Below are positions 1-9,216 of a stretch of 32,000 nucleotides of DNA, one piece after another. Every line of letters starts with the position of its first letter. The first letter of the stretch is position 1. The notes beneath the pieces were generated by a model, which did not search any database, was not told the DNA's origin, and saw nothing but the letters and a program-made list of their open reading frames with translations. This DNA is from Candidatus Nanopusillus sp. (GTDB lineage: Archaea; Nanobdellota; Nanobdellia; Nanobdellales; Nanobdellaceae), in NCBI GenBank assembly GCA_046536775.1, contig JAWDMD010000002.1, positions 196 through 32,195 on the forward strand. The letters run 5' to 3'. The position numbers and the translations under genes are program-made.

Positions 1-271
1 TATTAGAATTTAATGTAAAAGCCGAAAAAAGGATCAATATTGATATAAATAATGAAATTATATAACCATATAAATTATCTTTTCTTATTAAATAGATTGA
101 AGATATCGATAGTAAAAAAATTATAAATAAGAAAATATTGATTGAAATATTAATATAATCTGGAAAAATTGATGGATATATAATAAAGGATATTAAGTCC
201 AAAAATGTTTCTACAGAAAATAATAGTAAAAGCGTGTATAGAAATTCCTTCATTATATCTATATTATTCAT
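1..271 (-). CDS. Partial CDS, N-terminal part of a hydrophobic membrane protein that runs off the left edge of the window
   Basis: Hand translation of the minus strand from the ATG at 271-269 stays open to position 2 (about 90 codons: MNNIDIMKEFLYTLLLLFSVETFLDLISFIIYPSIFPDYINISINIFLFIIFLLSISSIYLIRKDNLYGYIISLFISILILFSAFTLNSN...). It is absent from the ORF track, presumably because no stop lies inside the window. The sequence is strongly hydrophobic and I recognise no family. Confidence 0.35.
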   Translation of the reverse strand, partial: MNNIDIMKEFLYTLLLLFSVETFLDLISFIIYPSIFPDYINISINIFLFIIFLLSISSIYLIRKDNLYGYIISLFISILILFSAFTLNSN

Positions 272-794
272 ATTTTTTGAATTATAGAAAAATTTAAAAA
301 CTAATTATTATGGCTTCCTAAGCACAATCCTAATGCTTTTGACATAAGCTTTCTATTTTCTTTAAATTTATCTTTCTTTATGTTGTTTAATTATGTCTAT
401 TAATTTATAATCACAATTATAAGGTTCTTAATTAAATTGTCAGTTCTTTTATTATTTATATTATTATTGCAATTTTCTATTGATCTTTTTATATCATTTA
501 TTGATATTTGAGGAAATTTGTTTTTCGATTTTTCATTACAATTAATCTAATATTCATTTTTATATAATGATTTATTAATGGAGTTTCTTCAACTCTTTCT
601 ATAATATCCTTAGGAGCTTTTATTATAATTTTCTATAATTCTCTTTGATTTATTGATAATACATTTCCTAATGCAAAATCTATGAATTTATTTTTATTTT
701 CTCTTATAATTTGGGATTTACAATATCTTCTAAAGAAAAAATTGAGATTAGTTTTTAATATCTTTTCTGTAAAATTCGAAATTGTAATAAATAA

Positions 795-1715
795 TCAATC
801 ATTATTTATTCTTAATCTTATCTCGCATGCTCTACAAATTTCTCTAGTAGTTGGATATCCGCAAATTTTACATTTTCTTAATTTTATAATATTTATCTTT
901 TTATAATCGCTTTTAGCTTTATATATTATTTCTAAAATATTTCTTAAGAAATTTCTATGAAATCCTGGATATTTATCTTCTAACTTGTATAATTTTGATC
1001 TGATTATATCTCTAAATTCACCAACAATAAAAGGACATTCTCCAAAAGGCGGTTCTAAATTATTTAATATTGAATATAGCAGATTTTCTTTTTCTGTATT
1101 GAAATAGAAAGGTTTAATTCTAGGAATAAAATCTTCTTCAACTATTCCCACATATGGACCTTCCTTCAACAGATCTTTTAAATTTCCTTCAAAAATATTC
1201 ATTAAGATTGTTTGAACTTCATCGTTTAAATTATGTGCGGTTGCAAATTTATCTAGATTTAGATCTTTTGCAGCTTTCCACATTAACCATCTTCTCCATA
1301 CACCGCAAATTGTACATGATTTGTATTCTTTTGATATTTTTACAGCCCGATCTAATCTAATATTAAAATATTCAGTAAATTTATATATTTTTATATTTAA
1401 ATTATATTTTTTTGAAATTTCTAATAACTTTTCTGTATCTTTATCCCTATAACCCTTTATTCCTTCGTCAATATGAATCCCAAAAACCTTAATATTAAAA
1501 TATTCACTATATTTATTTAAGAAAAATAATAATGCATTCGAATCTTTTCCTCCAGAAACCCCAACACCAATTCTTTCTCCAGGTTTTATCAATCTATATC
1601 TTTCAATTGTATTTATTGTCTTCTCTTCAAAATATTTTATAAAATGGTCTCTGCAATAATAATTTCCATCAATATCTTTATATATTGCATTATTACTACA
1701 AAAACTGCACTTCAT
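795..1715 (-). CDS. ttuA: PP-loop ATPase of the TtuA/Ncs6 (NcsA) type, a tRNA 2-thiolation enzyme
   Basis: SGGKDS PP-loop motif in GVGVSGGKDSNALL. N-terminal Cys cluster CSFC...CRDH and C-terminal zinc ribbon CKICGYPTTREICRAC. Central CTIC plus GECP cysteines fit the Fe-S ligands of TtuA/Ncs6. The TtuA versus NcsA split cannot be decided from sequence by eye. Confidence 0.75.
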   Translation of the reverse strand: MKCSFCSNNAIYKDIDGNYYCRDHFIKYFEEKTINTIERYRLIKPGERIGVGVSGGKDSNALLFFLNKYSEYFNIKVFGIHIDEGIKGYRDKDTEKLLEISKKYNLNIKIYKFTEYFNIRLDRAVKISKEYKSCTICGVWRRWLMWKAAKDLNLDKFATAHNLNDEVQTILMNIFEGNLKDLLKEGPYVGIVEEDFIPRIKPFYFNTEKENLLYSILNNLEPPFGECPFIVGEFRDIIRSKLYKLEDKYPGFHRNFLRNILEIIYKAKSDYKKINIIKLRKCKICGYPTTREICRACEIRLRINND

Positions 1716-2728
1716 TTATTTATTTCTCTTATGAAATAATCTTTTATTGCAGGTACTGCATCATATATGAATTTACCCTTTACTTTTGTCCTAATCAATA
1801 TTTTACTTTCAGTCATTCTTTTTAATATATTTGATATTGCATGAATTGTTGTATCAGAATATCTCTCCTTAAATAATTTTAGCAATTCATTAACTGTTTT
1901 TGGACCATATTTTGTTATTAATTCCACTATATATCTTTGTTTTTCTGTTAATTTTAATAAATCTATTGGAGGTTTCTTTGATTCATATATCTTATCTACA
2001 ACATCTTTATCGACAATATTTTTCCTTTCTCTATACGCAATTAATAATGCTTCATACGAGTGTTTTAATATTTCTCTTGGTAAACCTCCAGATAAATTAT
2101 ATATTTCTTCTATTGCATCATCTGTAAATAGGTCTGGACTACCTGCAAGTTCCAATCTTTTTTTAATTAATAATCTACCGCTTTCAGGATCAAGAGATTT
2201 TAAATATATTTTTGTGATAATTCTTTCATATAATGTCCTGTGTTCTTTTAACAATCTTTCTTCAAATTCTGGCAAGCCTGCTAATATAAATGTGCAATTT
2301 GTTTGATCCGATATAACTTTTATCCATTCTAAAATATTATCATCACAAAATGTAGCTTCATCTAAAAATATTATTAAATTTTTCTTATTTAAATATTCCA
2401 CTAAATTAAATTTCTTAAATTTGTATACTATCCTTTCAAAAAAAGATAATCTATCAATAAAGTACTTTTCAAATTCTTCCTTTTTTTCAAGAGGTCTATA
2501 AATATATATTTTATTCTTTGTTTTAAGATTATTGTATATCAACAATAATAATGTTGTTTTTCCTGCTCCAGTAGGACCAGAAACTAAAACAATTTTTTCT
2601 TTATTATTTATAGAATTTAGTAATTTTGTTTTTTCTAAATCATATCCAACAAAAGTTTCTAAAATTACTTCTAGTTTAAAAGGATTATCTCTCAATTTAA
2701 AAAAATTAAGCATTTCAGTATCATTCAT
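1712..2728 (-). CDS. AAA+ ATPase of the ExeA-like (AAA_22) type with a C-terminal winged-helix domain
   Basis: N-terminal FKLRDNPF resembles the ExeA-type FGL..PF start. Walker A is SGPTGAGKTTLL and Walker B is IIFLDEA. ILAGLPEFEERLL...LSGGLPREI parallels the ExeA GQPEL...SGGIPR pattern. The C-terminal LTEKQRYIVELI...ILKRMTESKILIR looks like a wHTH. An Orc1/Cdc6-like relationship is not excluded. The start overlaps the downstream PP-loop gene by 4 nt. Confidence 0.55.
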   Translation of the reverse strand: MNDTEMLNFFKLRDNPFKLEVILETFVGYDLEKTKLLNSINNKEKIVLVSGPTGAGKTTLLLLIYNNLKTKNKIYIYRPLEKKEEFEKYFIDRLSFFERIVYKFKKFNLVEYLNKKNLIIFLDEATFCDDNILEWIKVISDQTNCTFILAGLPEFEERLLKEHRTLYERIITKIYLKSLDPESGRLLIKKRLELAGSPDLFTDDAIEEIYNLSGGLPREILKHSYEALLIAYRERKNIVDKDVVDKIYESKKPPIDLLKLTEKQRYIVELITKYGPKTVNELLKLFKERYSDTTIHAISNILKRMTESKILIRTKVKGKFIYDAVPAIKDYFIREINK

Positions 2729-2783
2729 ATAAAATTTTTTAATAAAAACATTATTAAATTTAAAGAATATGATATGCTTATAT

Positions 2784-2856
2784 AGCCCCGTCGTCTAGTG
2801 GTCTAGGATTCAGGGTTTTGGTCCCTGAGACCGGGGTTCGAATCCCCGCGGGGCTA
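2784..2856 (+). tRNA. tRNA-Gln (anticodon UUG)
   Basis: Hand-folded cloverleaf: acceptor AGCCCCG/CGGGGCU, anticodon stem CAGGG/CCCUG with loop UUUUGGU, T arm CGGGG-UUCGAAU-CCCCG, discriminator A. No CCA is encoded. It is a GC-rich island in AT-rich DNA. Confidence 0.9.
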
Positions 2857-3184
2857 CTTTTAATTGAGATAATATGGTTCCTCTAATTTTGTATCAAGAA
2901 TATAAATATTTAAAGATTAAATAAAAGATTTTAATTATTGTTTCAACAATTTTTGATCCAAAATTTTAATAAATTTTGTAAGAGCTAAAGAGAATATAAA
3001 TACAATAATTATAATAATTAGATGAATCATTTTATATTATTTAAATCCAACTTTTATAGAGGAATATAAAAATAAAAATATTTTAATGATCTTTTTTAGT
3101 AGTAAGGCTGTCTTACTATTTAAAAGTTATGTCAATTTTAGTAGGACCATGTATTTATAAATTATCATTTTTTTAGATAATATT

Positions 3185-3805
3185 ATGCTAGAAAGCATGA
3201 TCAACCAAATACTCCAAATATTTAACTATAATATATTAAAAATAATAGTAATTTCTGCTTCTATTATAATAATTGGATATTTTATAGGAAAACTTATAGC
3301 ATTAATACTTAAGATAATACTGAAAAAGGTCCTTGGTCTTGATAGATGGTTATATGATAAACAGATAATAACCACATATTCCCTTACAGATTTAATAGTA
3401 AATGTAACTAAGTTCTTTATATACTTTTATTTTATTGGATTTGCATTTTATATTGTTCCATATACTAGTAATATAGGAACCCTAATTTTTAATATACTAA
3501 GTAGTTTATTAATAATAATAGTAGTAATAATAATTTCATATGCAATGATGGAATTTATATTGAGATATTTTTTATATCCAGCAATCCAAAATTTTAAGTA
3601 TGTAAACTTTATATTGGGTTCAATAAGATTTATTGTTTTATTTTTTATGTTAGTATTAACACTTAGCTATTTAAATCTTTTATCTCCTGTTCTTCTCTAC
3701 ATGTTTATAATACTCTTTGGCGGAATAGTTATATCTATTTCAATTGCTATAGGCATAGCTTTATCAGATATATTAAAAGAAAGATTTAGAGATATAATAA
3801 AATGA
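3185..3805 (+). CDS. Hypothetical polytopic membrane protein
   Basis: 206-aa ORF with several long hydrophobic segments and a short basic C-terminal tail. No diagnostic motif. The stop overlaps the next start (ATGA). Confidence 0.5.
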   Translation: MLESMINQILQIFNYNILKIIVISASIIIIGYFIGKLIALILKIILKKVLGLDRWLYDKQIITTYSLTDLIVNVTKFFIYFYFIGFAFYIVPYTSNIGTLIFNILSSLLIIIVVIIISYAMMEFILRYFLYPAIQNFKYVNFILGSIRFIVLFFMLVLTLSYLNLLSPVLLYMFIILFGGIVISISIAIGIALSDILKERFRDIIK

Positions 3806-4968
3806 ACTATAAAGAAAAAATTATTATAATTAGTAATAGTTTAGTTGGGGGAATGTTAAATAGTTTATTCTTTGTTTATCCATATTATTTTAATTTTTCA
3901 TCTAATGTATATTATTCTTTAATTTCCATATCTTATATAGGATCGATAATAAGTTCAGCAATATTTGGAAATATTAAAATAAATGAAAAAAACTATATTA
4001 ATATTGCAGTAATTGGTGTAATAGGACCTCTTTTATCTTCTATACTGTTAGTTTATCCAAATGTTTATTTATTAATATTATCATTCTTATTGTTTAATAT
4101 TACATACTCATCTACATACTTTTCTTTTTTATTATATTATAAAGATGTAGGTTTAAACTTTCATTTTAATATTTATTGGACTTTTGGAGAAATAATACCA
4201 CAAATTTCTCTTCTTTTTCTTTCTTTAATCTATAACATATATATTGTTTCTATTTTGTTATTATTATCTACAATATTTATTATATATAGGAGATTATATT
4301 TATTCTTGTTTTCATCAGAATATGAATTAAATTTATTGAATAGAATTGATAAAATATTTTCAGTTGCAGAAAATAATATAGATAAATTTGGAGCTGTATA
4401 TCCAATATTTGAAGGTTTAGTATTCCCATTGAATATAAAAAAGTTAAGAATTGGATATCTAGAATTGTATAATCTATTTGTTTTGGTTGGATTTTCATTA
4501 GTTTGGACAGCTTTGGTTTATTCTGTAAATATGTTTTCTTTATCTACAATTTTTCCATTTTTATTATTTATAAATGGGTTATATACTTCAATCTTATATA
4601 AGATATATAAAAGGGAAACTAATTTTAGAAATATAAAAATCGGAATACTTTCTAGATTTTTAATAGGTATTATAATATTATTATCTCTAATATTGTCTTT
4701 ATCAAAAATATACAATGCTATGGTACTATTAGTATTATTTATACTAGCTGCATTTTCATGGACAATGTTTCAATATTTCTTTGATAATTATATAATATTA
4801 AATTATCCACAGAGATTTGGAAATATATACTTATTTAGAAATCTTGGTGGTACAATAGGATCATTATTACTCTATTATATTTCAGTTCAATATGGTTTAT
4901 TTTTATCATTCATTATTTTAGGTATCTCTTTCTTTTTCTTAAATTATGCTTTAAAGAATTATAATTAA
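3802..4968 (+). CDS. Hypothetical polytopic membrane protein, possibly a transporter
   Basis: 388-aa ORF, hydrophobic nearly throughout with roughly 10 or more predicted TM segments. It is translationally coupled to the preceding membrane ORF. A transporter role is only a guess from topology. Confidence 0.5.
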   Translation: MNYKEKIIIISNSLVGGMLNSLFFVYPYYFNFSSNVYYSLISISYIGSIISSAIFGNIKINEKNYINIAVIGVIGPLLSSILLVYPNVYLLILSFLLFNITYSSTYFSFLLYYKDVGLNFHFNIYWTFGEIIPQISLLFLSLIYNIYIVSILLLLSTIFIIYRRLYLFLFSSEYELNLLNRIDKIFSVAENNIDKFGAVYPIFEGLVFPLNIKKLRIGYLELYNLFVLVGFSLVWTALVYSVNMFSLSTIFPFLLFINGLYTSILYKIYKRETNFRNIKIGILSRFLIGIIILLSLILSLSKIYNAMVLLVLFILAAFSWTMFQYFFDNYIILNYPQRFGNIYLFRNLGGTIGSLLLYYISVQYGLFLSFIILGISFFFLNYALKNYN

Positions 4969-4977
4969 TAATATTTT

Positions 4978-6420
4978 ATGGATATAAAGCTAAGAAAAAT
5001 ATCTGAAAATATATATGAAATACCCCAAGAAAAAGGAATGAATGTTCCGGTTAGAGTATATGCAAATGACAAGTTAATAGAAAAGATGAAAGAAGATAAA
5101 ACATTAATACAAGGAAAGAATGTCGCTAGTTTGCCAGGAATACAAAAATATTCTATTGTAATGCCAGATGGACATGAAGGTTATGGATTTCCAGTTGGTG
5201 GAGTTGCAGCATTTGATATAAATGAAGGGATAATCTCTCCAGGTGGAATAGGATATGATATAAATTGCGGAGTAAGATTACTAAGAACAAATTTAAAATA
5301 TGAAGAGATAAAACCAAAATTAAAAGAAATTGTGAATGAAATATTTAGAAATGTACCTGCAGGAGTTGGAGAAACCGGAAAAGTTGTTTTATCTGCCGGA
5401 CAATTTAAAGATGCAGTAGAAGAGGGTTTAGAATGGAGTTATAGAGAAGGTTATGCATGGAAAGAGGATTTGGAACATGTAGAATCTTATGGTAGATTAA
5501 AAGATGCTTCAATAGAACATATATCAGATTTATCAATTAGGAGAGGAATGGATCAATTAGGAACTATAGGGTCTGGAAACCATTTCATTGAAATACAAGT
5601 AGTTGATAAAATATTTGATAAGGATATAGCAAACAAATTGGGAATATTTGAAGAAGGACAAATAACAATATTAATTCATACAGGTTCTAGGGGTTTTGGA
5701 CATCAAATTGCATCAGATTATATAGATTTAGGATTGAAAAAATATAGGGAAGAAATAAATAAATTACCAGATAAAGAATTGGTATATTTACCCTTTCAAT
5801 CTGATGACGGAAATAATTATTGGAAATCAATGAGTGCTGCAGCAAATTTTGCATGGAATAATAGACAAATAATAACATATTTTATTAGAAAATCATTCCA
5901 AAAAGTATACAATCATTCAATAGAAGATATTGGATTAAATATTGTATATGATGTTGCTCATAATATTGCAAAAATTGAAGAATATAAAGTTGATGATAAA
6001 AGGAAAAAATTAATTGTTCATAGAAAAGGTGCTACTAGAGCATTTCCATCAGGTTCGGAAGAATTGGTTGAGGATTATAGAAAAATTGGACAACCAGTAT
6101 TAATCCCAGGTTCAATGGGAACAGCATCATATGTATTGATAGGATCTGAAAAATCCATGGAATTATCTTTTGGATCTTCTGCGCATGGTGCTGGAAGAAA
6201 TATGTCGAGAGCTGCTGCGAAAAGGTCATTTAATTATAATGAAATAATTAAAAATTTAGAAGAAAGAGGAATTTATGTAAAATCTACAACAAAAGAAGGT
6301 GTAGTTGAAGAGGTACCTGAAGCCTATAAAAATGTTGATGAAGTTGTAAAAGTAACTGATGAATTGGGTATTTCTAAAATTGTTGTAAGATTAAGACCAA
6401 TAGCAGTTATAAAAGGTTAA
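4978..6420 (+). CDS. rtcB: RtcB RNA 3'-phosphate ligase (tRNA-splicing ligase)
   Basis: Full-length 480-aa protein with characteristic RtcB blocks: PDGHEGYGFPVGGV, GYDINCGVR, GSGNHF, HTGSRGFGHQ, HRKGATRA, PGSMG, SSAHGAGR. Confidence 0.95.
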   Translation: MDIKLRKISENIYEIPQEKGMNVPVRVYANDKLIEKMKEDKTLIQGKNVASLPGIQKYSIVMPDGHEGYGFPVGGVAAFDINEGIISPGGIGYDINCGVRLLRTNLKYEEIKPKLKEIVNEIFRNVPAGVGETGKVVLSAGQFKDAVEEGLEWSYREGYAWKEDLEHVESYGRLKDASIEHISDLSIRRGMDQLGTIGSGNHFIEIQVVDKIFDKDIANKLGIFEEGQITILIHTGSRGFGHQIASDYIDLGLKKYREEINKLPDKELVYLPFQSDDGNNYWKSMSAAANFAWNNRQIITYFIRKSFQKVYNHSIEDIGLNIVYDVAHNIAKIEEYKVDDKRKKLIVHRKGATRAFPSGSEELVEDYRKIGQPVLIPGSMGTASYVLIGSEKSMELSFGSSAHGAGRNMSRAAAKRSFNYNEIIKNLEERGIYVKSTTKEGVVEEVPEAYKNVDEVVKVTDELGISKIVVRLRPIAVIKG

Positions 6421-6450
6421 ACTTTAATTAATATTTTGCAATAATTTTTT

Positions 6451-8871
6451 ATGAAAATATTTGTATTAGATTTTGATCATGATAAAGAAAAAATTTATAT
6501 TTATGGAAGAGATGAAAATGGAAAAAAAGTAAGAATAGAATATGATCAACCATTTTATGTATATATAATATTAAAAGATGAAAAATATTTAGAAGAAATA
6601 AAAAATAAATTGAAAGATGAAAAATATATAAAAAATCTTGAAATTCTAAAGAAAAATTTTATAGGAAAAGAATATAATGTAATAAAAGTTTATTTGAATC
6701 AAGATGATTATGATAAAATAAAAAATTTTGCTGATAAGTTAAAAGAAGAAGGAAAAATAATTGGAAAAAAAGAAGGTGATATTAATATAATAAAAAAGTT
6801 TCAAATAGATAATGATATATATCCATTATATACATATGATTTGGAATTAGAATTAATAAAAAAAGGAGATAATATAGATTATTACAAATTAAAGAAAAAT
6901 AATGGAGTTGTTGAAAATAAATATAGGTTGAAGGTTATATCCTTTGATATAGAAACTGCTTCTAATAAATCCATAATATCACCAGAAAAAGCAAATATAT
7001 ATATTATTTCAATATACGATGGAGAAAAATATTATTCAATTTTTTGGGGAGGAGAATCAAATGAAGGGATGAAAGTAAATAACGAATTGGAATTATTAAA
7101 AAAATTTAATGAGATAATTAAAAGTTTAGATCCGGATGTAATTGTTGGATATAATTCAAATAATTTTGATTTATATTTTTTGTATGAAAAAGCAAAAATG
7201 TTGGGATTTAATTTTGATTTTGGATGGGATGGAAAAGGAATAATATATACTAAAAAAAGGGAGGAAGATAAAAAATATAGGATAGTTGGAATACAAAATG
7301 TTGATTTATATGATATTGTCACAACGATATTTGCTCCTCAACTAAATTCTGAAACATATTCTTTAGATGAAATTGCTATGGAAATATTGGGAGAGGGAAA
7401 ATTAGATATGAATTTAAATAAAATGTCAGATATAATTTATAATAAAAAAGATTTTAGTTACTTAATAAAATATAATAGAAAAGATGTAGAATTAACCTAT
7501 AGACTATATAAACATTTTGAAGGAATTTTATTAGAGTTAGCAAGATTGGTTGGAATTACATTATACGAGTTATCTGGAAGTACATATGGAATCCTTGTAG
7601 AAAATTATCTAATAAAAAGGGCAAAAGAATTTAATGAAATAATACCAAATAGACCAGATCCGAATGAGGTAGAGAATAGAAAAAGGAAAACATATACTGG
7701 TGCTATTGTATTAGAACCAAAACCTGGTTTGTATAAAAATATTGCGGTTTTTGATTTTAGATCTTTATATCCATCAATAGTAATTAAATATAATATTTCT
7801 CCCGATACATTGAAATGTGAACATGAAGAATGCATGAAAGATAAGATAATTATTGAAACTAGTTTCGGAAAATCTGAGGTATGGTTCTGTAAAAAGAAAA
7901 AAGGTTTTATATCTGCAGTATTAGAAAAGGTATTTGAAGAAAGAGCAAATTTAAAGAGAGATTTAAAAAGTTTAGATAAAAATTCTGAGGAATATAAAAT
8001 AATTGATAGTAGGCAGACAGCATTAAAATATATAATAAATTCTACATATGGTTATTTGGGTTTTCCAAATTCTAGATGGTACTGTTTAGAATGCGCGGCT
8101 TCAGTAACTGCTTTAGGAAGAAAGCACATATTAGAAGTAAAAGATTTTATTGAAAAAAATGGATATAAAATTTTATATGGAGATACAGATTCTATATTTG
8201 TTATTGTAGACAATAAAGAAAATGCTCTAAATTTATTAAACAAAGTAAATAATATTTTGCCAAAACCATTGGAAATGGAATTTGAAGATTATTATATATC
8301 TGGAATATTTGTGGAAAAAAGATCTGGAGAAGGTGGCGCTAGAAAAAAATATGCATTACTATCTGAAAATAAGAATATTAAATTAAGAGGTTTTGAGGTT
8401 GTTAGAAGAGATTGGTCAGAAATTGCTGGGGAAGTTCAAGAAAAGGTGATTAGGTTAGCTCTAGAAGGAAAAATAAAAGAGATAAATGATTATTTATCAG
8501 AAGTTATTAAAAATATAAGAAATCATGTTTATCCTAAAGAGAAATTTATACTAAAGGAACAATTAAGAAAAGATCCATCAGAATATGAAGTTACGGCTCC
8601 ACATATTATAGCAGCAAAGAAATATAAAGAAAGAGGTTATGATGTTAGAAGAGGGTTCATAGTTGAATATATAATAACAAAAGGTGGTGAAAAAATTTCT
8701 GACAAAGTCAGAATATTAGATGAGGTTAAAGATAATGAATATGATCCAGAATATTATATATATAAACAGGCTTTGCCAGCTATAGAACCGATATTAAAAG
8801 CATTAAATATATCTGTAGAAAATATAGGAAAAGCTCAAAAAGATATATTATCATTTTTTAAAAATGGATGA
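6451..8871 (+). CDS. polB: Family B DNA polymerase, uninterrupted
   Basis: Exo I FDIET, Exo II YNSNNFDL, Exo III YNRKDVELTY. Polymerase motif A DFRSLYPSI, motif B KYIINSTYGY, motif C YGDTDS. It is one continuous 806-aa ORF with no intein-like insertion visible. Confidence 0.95.
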   Translation: MKIFVLDFDHDKEKIYIYGRDENGKKVRIEYDQPFYVYIILKDEKYLEEIKNKLKDEKYIKNLEILKKNFIGKEYNVIKVYLNQDDYDKIKNFADKLKEEGKIIGKKEGDINIIKKFQIDNDIYPLYTYDLELELIKKGDNIDYYKLKKNNGVVENKYRLKVISFDIETASNKSIISPEKANIYIISIYDGEKYYSIFWGGESNEGMKVNNELELLKKFNEIIKSLDPDVIVGYNSNNFDLYFLYEKAKMLGFNFDFGWDGKGIIYTKKREEDKKYRIVGIQNVDLYDIVTTIFAPQLNSETYSLDEIAMEILGEGKLDMNLNKMSDIIYNKKDFSYLIKYNRKDVELTYRLYKHFEGILLELARLVGITLYELSGSTYGILVENYLIKRAKEFNEIIPNRPDPNEVENRKRKTYTGAIVLEPKPGLYKNIAVFDFRSLYPSIVIKYNISPDTLKCEHEECMKDKIIIETSFGKSEVWFCKKKKGFISAVLEKVFEERANLKRDLKSLDKNSEEYKIIDSRQTALKYIINSTYGYLGFPNSRWYCLECAASVTALGRKHILEVKDFIEKNGYKILYGDTDSIFVIVDNKENALNLLNKVNNILPKPLEMEFEDYYISGIFVEKRSGEGGARKKYALLSENKNIKLRGFEVVRRDWSEIAGEVQEKVIRLALEGKIKEINDYLSEVIKNIRNHVYPKEKFILKEQLRKDPSEYEVTAPHIIAAKKYKERGYDVRRGFIVEYIITKGGEKISDKVRILDEVKDNEYDPEYYIYKQALPAIEPILKALNISVENIGKAQKDILSFFKNG

Positions 8872-9184
8872 AATAAATGAATATGAGAAAATAATAGAAG
8901 ATTTAGAAAATAAAATTAAAGATTTAAAAGAGGAATTGGAAAAAAATAAGAAAATGAAAGATGAAATTTATGATAAATATTTAAAATTAAAAAATACATT
9001 CGATAAGAATAATGAATATAATAAATTATTGGATGAATTAAAGATAATTCTAATGGAAATAAACTTAAAATTTAAAGATATAGATGATATTAAAAAAAAG
9101 GTATATAATTTAGAATTAAAATATGATATGATAAAGAAAGAAATTGACGACATAAGAAAAGAATTATTAAAAAATATTTGGTAA
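8864..9184 (+). CDS. Hypothetical coiled-coil protein (106 aa)
   Basis: K/E/L/I/N-rich sequence with heptad-like periodicity. The start overlaps the polB stop by 8 nt. No family recognised. Confidence 0.45.
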   Translation: MDEINEYEKIIEDLENKIKDLKEELEKNKKMKDEIYDKYLKLKNTFDKNNEYNKLLDELKIILMEINLKFKDIDDIKKKVYNLELKYDMIKKEIDDIRKELLKNIW

Positions 9185-9216
9185 GTTTAATAAAATTTAT
9201 TATAAATAATTAGTTT

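Noticed and set aside
682-906. 74-aa plus-strand ORF from the track
   Set aside because: Its 3' part is antisense to the well-supported PP-loop gene. Its composition is low-complexity I/L/F, as expected from AT-rich antisense DNA, and it has no motif.
2935-3030. 31-codon minus-strand ORF (MIHLIIIIIVFIFSLALTKFIKILDQKLLKQ) in the 330-bp spacer after tRNA-Gln
   Set aside because: It could be a small membrane protein. However, it is short and of the composition expected by chance in AT-rich DNA, and nothing in the sequence supports it.
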